Assembly (NCBI GenBank): GCA_964016885.1
Contig: OZ024746.1
Location: 98,084,001-98,148,000, forward strand
Reading direction: 5' to 3'
Source of the DNA: Eledone cirrhosa
Taxonomy: Eukaryota
Length of the DNA stretch: 64,000 bases
The notes under the pieces were generated by a model, which was given only the letters and a program-made list of their open reading frames with translations, was not told the origin of the DNA and did not search any database. Below are positions 1-13,444 of the stretch, one piece after another. Within the stretch, counting starts at the first letter, position 1. Each line of letters opens with the position of its first letter. The position numbers were made by a program, and so were the translations under genes.

Positions 1-16
1 TGTGGTTTTTCTCACA

Positions 17-17
<1 letters not shown>

Positions 18-53
<36 letters not shown>

Positions 54-150
54 GAGAATGTCTGTCTGTATGTCTGACTCCCTAAAACTCGAGAACCATC
101 CAACCGATTTTTTTCAAACTTTACACATGTGATACGTATGGTAATGTGAG
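18..150 (+). mobile_element. 5' portion of non-autonomous Helitron-like element
   Basis: A|TC start, (TA)n, then CCCTAAAACTCGAGAA..CCAACCGA..TTTCAAACTTTACACATG, shared with the 11460-12342 element. Confidence 0.55.
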
Positions 151-394
151 TGAGAGAGAGAGAGATGGAGACAGTGAGGGAAAGAATTTTATTAAATCTT
201 GTTTGGTGTCACACTGATCGATTCACACTTGTGTCACAGTTTGAATACACCAGGTCTTGAATAATCGTCCCCCCACCCCGCTTATTAAATATTCAGATAT
301 TTTCAAACACACCCGTTTATTTAATTTTGCTAGACTATCTCCGACGAAGCTTTAATGTAAGTGATTCATATTGATACAGCAGCTGGAGAATTTA

Positions 395-588
395 ATAATT
401 GTTTCTACATTTTGGCACAAGGCCAACAAATACTCAGTGTATTACTGGTACTTTATTTTATCGACCTCGTAAGGATGAAAGGCAAAGTTAACCTCGGCGG
501 GATTTGAACTCAGATCATAAAGGGACGTAACTCTATGCTTCAAAGCATGGTGTCCGACTCTCTACCGATACTGCCAATCCACCACCCT
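395..588 (-). mobile_element. tRNA-derived SINE, family 1
   Basis: Reverse complement of GGTGGATTGGCAGTATCGGTAGAG..GAGTTCAAATCCCGCCGAGGTTAACTTTGCCTTTCATCC..GGTCGATAAAATAAAGTACCAG; A/B-box-like head; many copies in window. Confidence 0.85.
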
Positions 589-721
589 GGAATCTAATAA
601 TGATTTCTAGTATAGGCACAAAGCCAGTAATTTGGAGGGAAGGGAAAGTGGATTAAATCGACTCCAATACGTTACTGGTGCTTTATTTCATCGACACTTT
701 AAGCATGAATAGAAACATATT

Positions 722-1067
722 ATCGTATTTCCCTGCATCGAAGACGCTACTTTTCCCTAAAATAAGTCTCAAAAATCTACCATGCGTCCAGGAGGCCGAA
801 GGTTGTTTATTATTTCTTTTTCAAATTTTGTAAAGCATGCTTTGCACCATAGAGTTACCATGGATACCATGCTTTGCACCATAGAGTTACGCCCCTTTAC
901 GGTCTGAGTTCAAATCGTGCCGGGGTTAACTCCTTTTATCCTTACGAGGCCGATCAAATAAAGTACCAGTAATTGCTGGCCTTGTGCCAAAAAAAGAAAA
1001 AATTATTTTTTTTCTAACTTTTGGTTGTCAACATTAGGGTGCGTCTTCGGCGCCGGGAAATATACGA
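722..1067. mobile_element. Tigger/pogo-like MITE interrupted by a family-1 SINE (about 865-1005)
   Basis: Imperfect TIRs CGTATTTCCC..CGAAGACGC / GCGTCTTCG..GGGAAATATACG. Confidence 0.5.
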
Positions 1068-1426
1068 CAAAAAAAGAACATTACAAGAAATCCCATATAA
1101 GGGACGTACACTATACAATCACCGACTACGCCCACACCATTTGTGCCCCCCCCCCCCAAAAAAAAAACCATCCCCGCTTATAAGAAGTTAAGTAAATGTC
1201 CAACACCCACTTGCTTATTCCAACCCTCTGCCCTGTTATTTAGGACCCGAGAGTAGATGAATCTTATATATGACATAGTATCATAGACGGTGTAGGCTTG
1301 GCAAGCTGTGTGTAGTCTGCTAGCCTGTGTTTACTCGCCTGTCTGGGTCGAAATAGAGTGACTTGCCAATGTCATTAAATGAGGCCACACACTACCTTCC
1401 AAGAAATGGAGAAATATATATAAACA

Positions 1427-1608
<182 letters not shown>

Positions 1609-1706
1609 AGAGGAACGATCGACTTTCGTCAAATCGGACCGAGGGAACAATGTTTCCGTTGGTCTTTCCAATTGCTAATACTATCTATCGGTCGCAACTC
1701 CAGGTA

Positions 1707-1826
1707 GAAGGCGTGTGGCTGAGTGGTTAGAGAATTGGATTCGCAATCGTAAGGTTGTGAGTTCGATTCCTGGACCAGGCGATGCGTTATGTCCTTGAGC
1801 AAGATACTTTATTTCACGTTGCTCCT
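1707..1826 (+). mobile_element. tRNA-derived CORE-type SINE, family 2 (truncated)
   Basis: TGGCTGAGTGGTTAGAG A box, GTTCGATTCC B box, then TGTCCTTGAGCAAGATACTTTATTTCAC CORE-like block. Confidence 0.8.
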
Positions 1827-1844
1827 TCTACCTAGATATATATA

Positions 1845-1991
1845 TTTGAAAAAAGGAAAAGAATGACTTCACTTGTAGTTCTAAACAATTTGATTTAATT
1901 TTATAATTTTATAAAATTTTATAAAATTATAAAATTAAGTCAAATTGTTTAGAACTACAAGTGAAGTCATTCTCTTCCTTTTTTCTAATAT
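1845..1991. repeat. Near-perfect palindrome between TA tracts
   Basis: GAATGACTTCACTTGTAGTTCTAAACAATTTGA mirrored around TTTTATAAAATTTTATAAAA. Confidence 0.85.
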
Positions 1992-2209
1992 ACCTAGCTG
2001 TACCAAGGGCGTCACACATTTTCCAATATATATATATGTATGTGTGTATATATATATATATAGAGAGAGAGGGGGGGGGAGTAAAAGAGTGAAAGGAAAA
2101 TGTAGTCTCTAAATATTCGTGGGTTAAATCAGTCCATGAATAAAATAATTGAATTAGTAGAATTAAATAAATAAACCTATGAATTTCATTTTGAAATTAA
2201 TAATTATTA

Positions 2210-2675
2210 TGAGTGGCAAGCGGCTCAGGGACCGTATCTGTATCTGTGAGTGACCCAACATTACCAGACTTAGACCAATTACATCAATTGTCAAGTCAAG
2301 AGTACTCAAACTATACAGTCATATATAAAGGTCAACTCGTGGTGTGAGTAGGTTATGCCTGGAAGGAAGGTTGGCTGGTAAGAGAAGCAGAGGCCGACAG
2401 CTGAAAACGATGGCTTGATAATGTCAACTTATGGACTGGACTTGATCTTTGCTCTTTAAACTCTGTTGTTGGTGATCGAAAGGTATTATATATTCCTGGA
2501 AGGAAGGTTGGCTGGTAAGAGAAGCAGGGGGCGGCAGCCAAAATGATGGTTTCATAATATCAAGCTACGGACTGGACTTGATCTTTGCTCTTTGAACTCT
2601 GCTGCTGGTGATCAAACTTTGTGGAGATATCACATATTAACGCACAGTCTGCAACTAGCGGAGTTTAGTGTCACA
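2210..2675 (+). mobile_element. Degenerate RTE-like LINE 3' fragment with internal duplication
   Basis: Homologous to 9030-9460 (-), which translates as QKLSTFQNHMMRLLTG..LKLYGHI. Confidence 0.6.
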
Positions 2676-2689
2676 AGAGATCATTAGAA

Positions 2690-3186
2690 GTAGTGGTGGA
2701 TTGGCAGTATCGGTAGATGGTCGGATGCCATGTTTTACAGCTTAGAGTGACGCCCCTTTACGGTCTAAGTTCAAATCTCGCCGAGGTTAACTTTGCCTTT
2801 CATCCTTACGTAGTCGATAAAATAATGCACCAGTAATGCACTGGGGGTAATTGCTGGCCTTGTGCCAAAAGTAGAAACAATTATATTATTTGTAGTAGTA
2901 TTAACAGTATCGGGAGAGTGTAGGACAACACGCTTAGTGGCATAGAGTTATGGCCGTTTACGATCTGAGTTCAAATCCCGCCGAGGTTAACTTTGCCTTT
3001 CATCCTTACGGGGTCGATAAAATAAAGTACCAGTCACGCACTGGGGTTGATTTAATCCACTTTCCCCTCCACCAAAATTGCTGACCTTGCGCCTATACTA
3101 GAAATCATTATTATAAAGATAAAATAAAGTACCAGTAATGTACTGCGTAATTGCTGGCCTTGTGCCAAAAGTAGAAACAATTATTA
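2690..3186 (+). mobile_element. Cluster of family-1 SINE copies
   Basis: Two near-full copies plus a tail fragment. Confidence 0.85.
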
Positions 3187-3794
3187 TTGTTACTGAAAGA
3201 ATAATTATCTCAATTTTAGAGATAAAACTGAACAAATAAAGCCATAAGTAATTTCATCTTCATCAAGTGGATAATTGTTGGAACATTAGCTCGAAACAGA
3301 ATACTTAATAACATATATTTAAGGAAAGATACGTTTGAGAATGAAAAAGCAATTTATATTATACATTTAAACCAAAGATATTTTTGTCATCTTAAAGCTT
3401 TTGAACGAAGAAATTTAAAAAATTAAAATATTAAAACAGAAATAATGAAAAATGAATTGTGATCCGAATTTAACATTTAAAGTTATTTTTTTTTTTTTAT
3501 ATTATAATAAAGTGTATCGACTCGTGTAGAAACAGATTGCAAAGTGAATTACAATATATATTAGAATTAAAAATATATAACATAGTGTTGAGTAGCTATC
3601 TTAATTCTTCCTTTCACTCGTGCACTCAAGCCAGCGCTTTGAGCAAACCATGTTTACTAGTACCCTCCATCCTACTCAGTCATTGGCGTGTCATTGTGCT
3701 TGTGGGTCCTCTACGGATCAGAGACTTGGCCGCTTAAGGCAACCCTAGCGCATCGACTGGATGAGTTTGACAGCGCGGCTTTATAGAATGATGT

Positions 3795-4130
3795 GAAGGC
3801 GTATGGCTTAGTGGTTAGAGCATTGAACTTTCAATTGAAAGTTTTTGAGTTCGATTCTCGGACCGGGTGATGCGTTGTGTACTTGAGCAAGACACTTTAT
3901 TTCACCTTGCTCCAGTTTACACAGCTGTAGAAATGAGTTGCGACGTCACTGGTGCCAAGCTGTATCTCTTAGCCTTTCCCTTAGACATCATCGATAGCGT
4001 GGAAAGGAGAGATTGGGATGCATGGGCGACTGCTGGTCTTTTACAAACAACCTTGCTCGAACTTGTGCCTCGGAGGCAAACTTTCTAGGTGCAAATCACA
4101 TGGTCATTCGTGACCGAAGGAGGTCTTTGA
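3795..4130 (+). mobile_element. CORE-type SINE, family 2, near full length
   Basis: tRNA head, CORE-like block, body shared with 43215-43460. Confidence 0.8.
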
Positions 4131-4146
4131 ATAGCATGATGTAATT

Positions 4147-4301
4147 CAGCCATGGGCAAACTGCGGCCTGTGAACCGCATGTGGCCCGTTTATCTTTCTG
4201 AATGGCATTCTTAATTTCAAAATTGCCTTGAATTTTTTAGTAGTGTGGCCCGCCTTATGATGAGTCACATCCTATGCTCGAAAAAGGGTTGTCCATACCT
4301 G
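4147..4301. mobile_element. hAT (Charlie-like) MITE
   Basis: Termini CAGCCATGGGCAAAC / GGTTGTCCATACCTG, internal GGCCCG motifs. Confidence 0.5.
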
Positions 4302-4614
4302 ATATAATGAATGGATGGTGGATTGGAAGAATTGGTAGAGCGTCGGATAAAATACCATTGCGGTATTTGTTCTGGTTCTTTACGTTCTGAGTTTAAATCC
4401 CAACAAGATCAACTTTGTCTTCCATACTTTCGGGGCCGATAAAATAAAGTATCACATGATGATGTTAAGGTGAACATGGCATTTATCAACGGATGAACCA
4501 TTAAATTATTAAAAGTAACGGATAGGAAATAAATTGTAATTTACATTAAGGATTTTAAATGTATGATGGAAGGATTGCATTCTGAAATATAGATGTTTAG
4601 AAAATTATGGTTTC

Positions 4615-4900
4615 AGCACCATCGTTCTCCTACATGATCCTGAGCTGCTCTCACCACTCCACTCCAGTTAGCGTACAGTTTTCTTAATTCAGCCTCAGTG
4701 TCACTCCTCCAGCTGCCGCGAGGCTGGATTCTTTTCCTGTTACCCTACGGGTTCCATAATGGGGCATGGCGTGTTGGATACAGAAGATCCAGACATTCTT
4801 CAACACCTGTCTGAAGCGCATCTATAACATCTAATGGCCATAGAAGGTCAGAAACAGAGATCTGTGGGAGCGAGCAGGACAGGAACCAGTGGAATTTTTA
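4615..4900. mobile_element. RTE LINE fragment with internal inversion
   Basis: Plus part reads KIQTFFNTCLKRIYNI*WP; minus part reads WNP*GNRKRIQPRGSWR..AQD, a typical RTE ORF2 C-terminus. Confidence 0.6.
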
Positions 4901-4914
4901 GTATGAATGTATGG

Positions 4915-5520
4915 TCCTGTAGTTCATGATAGAACCGTAGGAGCACCGTATTGACATACAGCGTTTCTGGGCATTTTAAGCCTGGCGGACCCTACCCCTT
5001 CCCAGGCCTGAATACAGCAGATTTCTTCCAAAGAAAGATAGAAAGTGAGAGAGAGGAAATGAGAAAGAGATATATAGGAAGAATCGACCCCTGGTACTTT
5101 TTTTATCGACCTCGAAAGGATGAAAGGCAAAGTTGACCTCAGTGGGATTTGAACTCAGAGAGCAGAGAGCTGGAATGAATACCATAAAGTTTTCTATCTG
5201 ACGTTCTAACCACTCTACCATTCTATCTGACGTTCTAACCACTCTACCATTCTATCTGACGTTCTAACCACTCTACCATTCTATCTGACGTTCTAACCAC
5301 TCTACCATTCTATCTGACGTTCTAACGACTCAGCCATTCTATCTGACGTTCTAACCACTCTACCATTCTATCTGACGTTCTAACCACTCAGCCATTCTAT
5401 CTGACGTTCTAACCACTCTACCATTCTATCTGACGTTCTAACCACTCTACCATTCTATCCGACGGTCTAACGACTTAGCCATTCTATCTGACGGTCTAAT
5501 GACTCAGCCAATTCACCGCC
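4915..5520 (-). mobile_element. Family-1 SINE long-tail variant with 29-bp tandem array in its head
   Basis: About 11 units of TTCTATCTGACGTTCTAACCACTCTACCA at 5191-5510; body homologous to 27423-27745. Confidence 0.8.
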
Positions 5521-6061
5521 TGTCATTTTGTGTATACAAACATGTAAACATGCGAAAGATATGTACGTCGACGTAAATTGGAAAAATGATGAACACCATT
5601 AATCAATTTCGAACCTAAACACCACAAGAAAATACGTAACCCTGGGGCCTATATAGCCTATCACTTATAGTAGTATATAAAAATGGGTGTACTAATTTAC
5701 GTTTTTTATTGTTTAATAAATGTTTATTATCAATACATGTTTTACTCAGAAAGTTGGCTTAACAAACATTGATAATTAAATAAATATGAAAAAGAGAGAT
5801 TAAAAACAAAATAAAGTAATTAGAAAAAGGGAAAAGGGTAAAGAAGGGCAGATCTGGCTGTATGGGAAAGTAGAGGAAAGGATTGTAAATGTCATAAATG
5901 AGAGGAAAAGGAGGAGAAAAACAAGGACTATTGGGCCACAGAAGAAAGAGGGGAGGGGTAAAGAAGGGCAGATCTGGGTGTACAGGAAAGTAGAGGAAAG
6001 GACGAAAATTCCTTTAATCGATTTTCGAAGGTAGTTGGGCTCTCATTAGGAGGCATCTATA

Positions 6062-6359
6062 TAGGGCAAGATTTAATGGGGGGGGGGCAAATAGTTGTAG
6101 GCCCCCTGCAGTGGGAGGACCCTCCAGAGACGGCTGTAGCAATTTATTTGTGCCCTTACCTGGGCATTTTAATTTCAGGATGGTTAGAATTTTTTAATTT
6201 AATACCTGTATTTATAACTTTTCAATTTCAATAACTTGTGTCAAGCTAACTTTGATATGTAAAATTGTGGAGGTTTGCTGTGTATTCTAATGTTTGTGTA
6301 TAAGGGGCTCTCCAAACGTGAAGTACCCCGGGCCCCCCAAATTCTAACTCCAACCCTGC
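6062..6359. mobile_element. hAT-like MITE; related copy at 32622-33000
   Basis: Shared internal sequence and GGGCCCC motifs; ends AATCCAACCCTG-like. Confidence 0.5.
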
Positions 6360-6739
6360 ATATACGAGTCCACATGTGTGCTACAAACGTTTGAGATGAG
6401 CAGCAAATAGCTGGACGTGGTGAAGTGCTTGTACCCACCTCTGTTTTAAAACAATTATATTTTTTTTGTTACCATATTTCTAATTTGCCCCGAGTCACCC
6501 AAGGTCTAAATCCAACCTTGCATGGGTCGACACGAAACAAGAGCAAAGACACTTGTCCAAGATGCGACGCAATATGATCGGGCCTTGGACGTCATGGTTA
6601 CGAAGCGAACTTCCTACTGTAAATGAAGTATAGTGACGCGGGTGAAGACTAAGAAAATTTAAATAAATTGTAAAGTTGAAATAATTACTTTAATGGATTT
6701 TACAAATAAATAATATGTCCTGAGACATTCTAACTCCAT

Positions 6740-6980
6740 GAATGTCTCAGGAAAGAATCTCTGGACAGATTTTGCGGGAAAATCAAGCCGGCAAGAGACC
6801 CAGGGGTAGACCCCAGAGCAAGATCGTTGGATAACATCCATTGGCTTGACTGGTCTCGCTTGGGGATCCGGCCAGATCAGTTGGAGATGTTTGCATCTAA
6901 CACGACCCGCTGGAAGGAGTGTTTGAGGACGCTGCTCCCACGACCCTCTCAAGAAGAAGAAGAAGAAGAAGAAGAAGAAG
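6740..6980 (+). mobile_element. RTE LINE 3' end with (GAA)n tail
   Basis: WxDNI..WSRLGIRPDQLE..WKECLRTLLPRP; homologous to 20545-20905. Confidence 0.7.
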
Positions 6981-7402
6981 GTGGCGGTGGTGGTGGTGGT
7001 GGCGTTAGCGGTGGTCTCAATTCCTTTCAGTTCTGAACCAACAAGTTTAACATATGTTGATGAAACAGACAGGTGCACCTTTAACGTAGTTCTCAGGGAG
7101 ATTCAGCGTGACACATTTTGTGAGAAGGTTAACTCAGGAATAAATGAGCGAAGAGAAAAAAGAAGACAAAGGTATTAGATGTATTAAGATATATAGAAAC
7201 GCAGTGTAGAGAAGTTAATAACTAAAACTAGAAGCAGAATTATGAAGGGTAACCAAACAGTTAAGGGATTTGAGATCACGTGAGTTATCGGAGTTCTGTG
7301 CTTGAAACTGAGTGAGTAAAATGAACTTCAGAACAGCCAATTATTTAAATATTATATGAATACTTTCTTGGGAATGATGGATATGTTCGGTTCTGATAAT
7401 CG

Positions 7403-7529
<127 letters not shown>

Positions 7530-7593
7530 TATATATATATATATTAATTCAAAATATTAACAAAAATAGATATTCATGTGATCAAGTATATTT

Positions 7594-7661
<68 letters not shown>

Positions 7662-8099
7662 TCTCATATCACGTCAGCCGATCTTTTGATCGAGCGAGGG
7701 AAACAAACTCTTGTCAGGCATCACGCTGCCCCATTGCTGTTCATATTTCATTATGTAAATGTAGCTAAGATAAAATCACCAACTCCTATCGAATATAGTT
7801 TTAGCTTTCTATGATTAACAGAAAGCTTATATAATCTTGTGAATAACGGTTGGCTCAAACATGTTTATGTCTGGTTTGATAAGGAAAATAATAAACGATA
7901 GAGAAGATTGCAAGTATTTGCGACTTGATAAAGCAATCAAACTACTAGGAGTTAATTACAAAAGACGGTTATTCTCTCGTTAAACATTGCAAGGAAGTGA
8001 TGGCTTGCTGCTTGGAGAAACACATTGGTACAACATTGAACTGAACTCCTTGGGAACAAAAGTGTCAAAATGACGCGTAAGCATCAGATTTTAAGGTAT

Positions 8100-8295
8100 C
8101 AGACCTGTCAACTCTCCCTTTCCGACGGGGAGATCTTCCAATCACTTTGGGGTGGGTGAAAGATGTTTTCTTTCGTGAAAATCGGTATAGCTTTCATTAC
8201 GTAAAAATCTCCCCATTTCGCCTCATTTCTCCTCGTTTCGGGACACTTTTATTCATGGTACTCCCCCTTTGGGTTGCTAGAGGTTGGAAGGTCTG
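8100..8295. mobile_element. MITE with CAGACCTG-type TIRs
   Basis: CAGACCTGTCAACTC / GGTTGGAAGGTCTG; second copy at 9966-10161. Confidence 0.65.
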
Positions 8296-9029
8296 CATAA
8301 TCCATCGGTGGATTGGCAGTATCGGTAGAGGGTCCGACGTCATGATCTGCAGCATAGATTTATGGTCCTTTACGATCTGAGTTCAAATCCCGCCGAGGTT
8401 AACTTTGCCTTTCATCCTTACGGGGCCTATAAAATAAAGACAACTCCAGTAATGCTGGGTAATTGCTGGCTTTGTGACAAAAGTAGAAACAATTATGTTA
8501 TGTATTTCTCTGATACAGAACATAATTCAGAGCAAAATGTTATTCCATTTCTGTACGCCATTTCCGTTGACTTGGATACACAAATCTACGGACGGACTTG
8601 AACATAATAAGCAACATTTGTACAAATGATAAACATTCTTTAAACAACGTACGTAATGAGAAAAGGTTATTTCAAACTTTTTTATGTTCTTCGTTAATTA
8701 AATTTTGCAGTACAGTAACATAATTCCATATAATATAATATATGATAGAGTATTTTCATGTAAGATATAAACTAACAAACAATTTTAGACTGAAACTTTC
8801 AACATACTTTCTTTCTTATTGAGCCGTCTCCAAGACAAATTTATCAGTTGCCAATTATCTCTACAGGGTAATTACTATAAACATGTCATGTTTTTTTTAT
8901 AACTTTTATGTAAACAATTACATTATCGACGAAGGACTCACTTATTCATAAAATAATGGTTTCTTATTTAGGCACAAGGCCAGTAATTTTGGGATATGGG
9001 TAAGTCGATTAAATCGACCCCAGTGTATT

Positions 9030-9460
9030 CTCTCTTGTGACGCTAACCTCCGCCAGTTGCAGAATGCGCATTAACATGTGATATACCTCTCCACAAAGTT
9101 CCATCACCAGCAGCAGAGTTCAAAGCGTAAAGATCAAGTCCAGTCCATAAGTTGACATTATAAAGCCATCATTTTGGCTACCGACCTCTGCTCTCTTACC
9201 AGCCAACCTTCCTTCCAGGCATAACCTACTCACACCACAAGTTGATCTTTATATATGGCCGTATAGTTTGAGAACTCTTGACTTGACAATTGATGTAATT
9301 GGTCTAAGTCTGGTAATGTTGAGCAGCTCACTGATACAGATACGGTCACTGAGCCGCTTGCCAGTCAAAAGCCTCATCATGTGGTTCTGAAATGTAGAGA
9401 GCTTTTGAAGTGACCTTGTCGTCCAGTTAACCCAGTTAAGACCATATAACACAACTGTGC
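9030..9460 (-). mobile_element. RTE-like LINE fragment inserted into a family-1 SINE
   Basis: ORF 9249-9452 resembles the RT C-terminal region; SINE halves at 8955-9025 and 9461-9592. Confidence 0.6.
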
Positions 9461-9965
9461 CTTACTGGTACTTTATTTTATCGACCCCGTAATGATGAAA
9501 GGCAAATCTAACCTCGACAGGATTTGAACTCAGATCGTAAAGGGACGTAACTATGCCACTAAGCAAGTTGTTCGACGCTCTACCGATTCTGTCACAAGCA
9601 TTGTGCTGTGGTTCTAAGCAAAACACTTTAGTCTGGTTAATACAGATTTTATCATTGACATGAGTTGTTACAAGAGGTGGGCTTGCCACATAGACATTTG
9701 GGCAATGTCAGGTGACTCACTGAGACGGTCAAAAATACAACATCTGAAAAGATGTCACAAAACTGAAGCCTTAGTACCTAAGCATAGAGTGAAACGAAAA
9801 TGGGGTAGGTCCTAGCTGAGCTGTGAAAATATTCTTCTGATTTGTATCTGCCTGTTGACTGCTGTCACCTGGTTTTAAGACTCAGTTCAGTTCTGGTTGG
9901 TATTAGCAACTTCAGAAAACCAAAGACCCCTTTGTGTTGTATTAAGACAAATAAATGACATAGTA

Positions 9966-10161
9966 CAGACCTGTCAACTCCTCCTGTCGGACGGGGACAT
10001 CTCCTACCCACTTTAGGGTGGGCAAGAGATGTCTTCTCTTGTGAAAATAGGTATAGCTTTCATTATGTAAAATCTCCCCATTTTGCCTCATTTCTTCCTG
10101 TTTTGAGGCACTTTTTTTTCATGGTAATACCCGTTTGGGATTTTAGAGTTTGGCATGTCTG
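9966..10161. mobile_element. MITE (hAT-like) with target site duplication
   Basis: TIRs as at 8100; flanked on both sides by CATAGTA. Confidence 0.7.
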
Positions 10162-10257
10162 CATAGTAGCTATTCTAATCGAAAATATTAACTGTTAGTA
10201 GATATTTTCCTTGTCACATAAGTGTGCGGTCTGTGCGGTCTACCTCAACTACAAATG

Positions 10258-10299
10258 CTAACCCTAACCCTAACCCTAACCCTAACCCTAATCCTAACC
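10258..10299. repeat. Interstitial (CCCTAA)n telomere-like tract, probably inside a small element
   Basis: About 7 units; flanked by imperfect inverted GTGCGGTCTG / CAGGACGCAC. Confidence 0.7.
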
Positions 10300-10949
10300 A
10301 GGAAGACAGATCAGGACGCACGCTAAAGTATCAGCAGGTTATCTTTACAAACGAATGCATTAATGCTTATATTTAATATACGCTTAGTTATTGGTGTTGG
10401 TTATCTGAAATATATAGTTTAGTTTCAATATTAATGTAACGAAAACTGAGATATGGAAGTGTTCAACATGCTGTTGTACTTAAAACATTAATTCTGCTAT
10501 TAAAATTCCGTTATAACGAATACCATTATGACGAATGTTTCCATATAACGAAATTTGTTTCAATCCTCGGCAACAAGCTTATTAATAAAAGATAAAAGAA
10601 TCTCGTTATAACGAAATTCATTACAACGAATATTTCAGTACAACGAATAAAAATTGAACCCAAGCCGCTAAATTTCCTCGGTACAACGAAAAAAATTTTT
10701 TTCGACATACTCCTCGCAGAATTGTCATCCAACCAAAATACTTGAACCCAAAATTGTTGCTTAAAATTCCCTACGTGGTATTTCTTCTTGCACACACGTG
10801 ATTATTCGAATATCGATGTTCAAACACAATAGACGCGTCATTTACAACGTCTCTCTTTTTCTTGTCCTTAGAAGTCTCAGTGAAGTTCTTAAACTGTGAT
10901 ATCAAGACTAATTAACTACAGTATTTCTACAGAAACATTTCAATACCTT

Positions 10950-11420
10950 TACTGTAATATCAGGACTAATTAACTACAATATCTCTACTGTAATATCAGG
11001 ATTAATTAACTACAATATATCTACGGTAATATCAGGACTAATTAACTACAATATCTCTACTGTAATATCAGGATTAATTAACTACAATATCTCTACTGTA
11101 ATATCAGGATTAATTAACTACAATATCTCTACTGTAATATCAGGATTAATTAACTACAATATATCTACGGTAATATCAGGACTAATTAACTACAGTATCT
11201 CTACTGTAATATCAGGACTAATTAACTACAGTATCTTACTGTGATATCAGGACTAATTAACTACAATATCTTACCTGTAATATCAGGACTAATTAACTAC
11301 AGTATCTCTACTGTAATATCAGGACTAATTAACTACATTATCTTACTGTAATATCAGAACTAATTAACTACAGTATCTTACTGTGATATCAGGACTAATT
11401 AACTACCGTATCTCTACAGT
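10950..11420. repeat. 36-bp minisatellite, about 13 units
   Basis: Unit CTGTAATATCAGGACTAATTAACTACAATATCTCTA. Confidence 0.9.
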
Positions 11421-11459
11421 AACATTTCAATATCTTTATAGTTATTATTTTATGAGTAA

Positions 11460-12026
11460 CTAGCAGTGGTACCCGGCGTTGCACGGGATAAGGTATTTTG
11501 GAATGCGGGCCGCCAACAGACCTAATCGTGGAAAAACTGCATGCCTGGACAATATGTAAAGAAAATAAACCGAATACTCTGATGGCTGGATAATCTTTAA
11601 GATTTTACTCGATGAAGCAGGAAAAATGCAGGTTTTCATCTAATGCGGGCCCTAGGGGATCAAGAAAATGTGCATTTATGTGCATAATATGCCTTGAAAT
11701 TTCTGGAAAAAAGCTGAAAAAATGAAATTGTTCACCTAATGCGGGCCCTAGGCCATAAAAAAGTTGGATTTACTTTGCTCACGGTATGAAGAAGAGACTG
11801 ACTAATACATAGTTACAATTTCAAGGAAATCGGTCTGACGTAACGCCTCAAAAAACCCCTAAAAACCTGAAAAACGCATTTTTTCACCGAATGCGGGCCC
11901 TAGGAGATCAAAAAGTTGAATTTTGAATTTGAATGTGCATAACACCCCCTGAAACATAAGTAATACACATGTAAAGTTTGAAAAAAGTCGGTTGGGTATT
12001 TCTCGAGTTTTAGGGATTCAAACTCA

Positions 12027-12063
<37 letters not shown>

Positions 12064-12342
12064 ACATCCTCAGGGAAGTGACGTAATGCAGACAGCTAGA
12101 CATACAGACAGATATTATAAGGGTGCGACATTATATGTATGTATCTATCTAAAAAGAGAAAGACTAAGAATTATATAGAGAGAGAGATCGCTAAATCGCC
12201 TAATTTGAAATATTTTTTGCTCAGAACACTCCCTGAAACATAAGTATTACATGTGTAAAGTTTGAAAACAGTCGGTTGGGTGTTTCTCGAGTTTTAGGGA
12301 TTCAAACTCACACACACAGATCCTCAGTTTTATATATATAGA
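11460..12342 (-). mobile_element. Non-autonomous Helitron
   Basis: Minus strand begins A|TC and ends with hairpin CCCGTGCAACGCCGGG then CTAG|T; no TSD. Confidence 0.8.
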
Positions 12343-12639
12343 TGTTCTGTCTGCATTGTTCTCATATTTTTATCACACACTGATTTTCTAAACTAAAAGA
12401 CATCTTTGCTATAAGTCAGTAAAGTCATACATTCAGTATAGAGTATCTATTTGAAAAAAAATACTGATTCGTTCTTACTAATTCTATTGATTCTTTGTCG
12501 ACCTACCATTTAAATTTGGTTACTTTTGCACACACAAAGAACAAAATAAAAAGTACTGTTTTATTTTAGTTTTGTGAAATTTCTATTTTGGACCCCAAAG
12601 TAAAGGATACCCATTTGTTATTGTGGTTTTATATAAATT

Positions 12640-12875
12640 ATGGAAAACAAAGCGAAAAAAAAAAGAGACAGTTTTTGTCTCATGAAAAGTTGGAAATTCT
12701 GAAAGCTGTTGATTCTGGGAAAAGAAAGAAAGACATTGCGTTGCAGTTTAACATTACTCCTTCGACATTGTCCACGATTGTTAAGAATCAGTCTAAAGTT
12801 AAAGAAAAATCTAAAGAGGCAAACTTTGGTCCACAACGAAAACGCCTAAGGGTTACGATTTTCGAAGATGTTTGA
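12640..12875 (+). pseudogene. Tigger transposase N-terminal CENP-B/psq HTH remnant
   Basis: KKRQFLSHEKLEILKAVDSGKRKKDIALQFNITPSTLSTIVKN..RKRLR. Confidence 0.8.
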
Positions 12876-13326
12876 AAAGTATATTTATATTTTATTGCAC
12901 GATACAGTCACATTGCAGGCATGGTTCCACTCCTTTATTGTTTAATTTTTAAATACGAGGTAATAACAAACAAACGCACGATTTGTTTCGGTCGATCTCG
13001 TTATAAAAATGTTTTCGTTACAACGAATTTTTTTATATCCCGTGAATTTCGTTCTAAGAATGGCCCGAGTGAATGGGCCTACTCTGAGTATGTGTCTGTA
13101 AATTAAAGGTGGAAAACTGGGAGAGGGGACTTGCCCTGGTGGTCAGGGTCATGTGGCCTTTTAATGGGCTTTCTCCACAAATGTCCCTCGGAAGTCTCCC
13201 CCATTATTTTTTGTTACATCCTCTGTTTTTGTTTTTTACACGCAGAAATGCCCATTTGTACCGTCCTGTATTATCCTCTACTGTCCTTAATGTCTACTTT
13301 ATGTAAACCCTTGTGGTTAATAAAGA

Positions 13327-13385
<59 letters not shown>

Positions 13386-13444
13386 GAACATAAAGCAAGA
13401 TAAAAGCAAGATAAAAGCAACAACTTATTATTATTATTATTACA

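Larger units (their letters stand above)
10495..13056 (+). mobile_element. Degenerate Tigger/pogo DNA transposon with nested insertions
   Basis: CGTTATAACGAA subterminal motifs at both ends; CENP-B-type HTH remnant at 12640-12875. Confidence 0.65.

Noticed and set aside
1707-1780. tRNA genes at SINE heads
   Set aside because: A/B boxes run into SINE bodies and cloverleaves are incomplete
10258-10299. True telomere or chromosome fusion site
   Set aside because: Only about 7 units in one orientation, consistent with a repeat inside a small element
10950-11420. 36-bp repeat of CRISPR-like length
   Set aside because: Head-to-tail minisatellite without spacers
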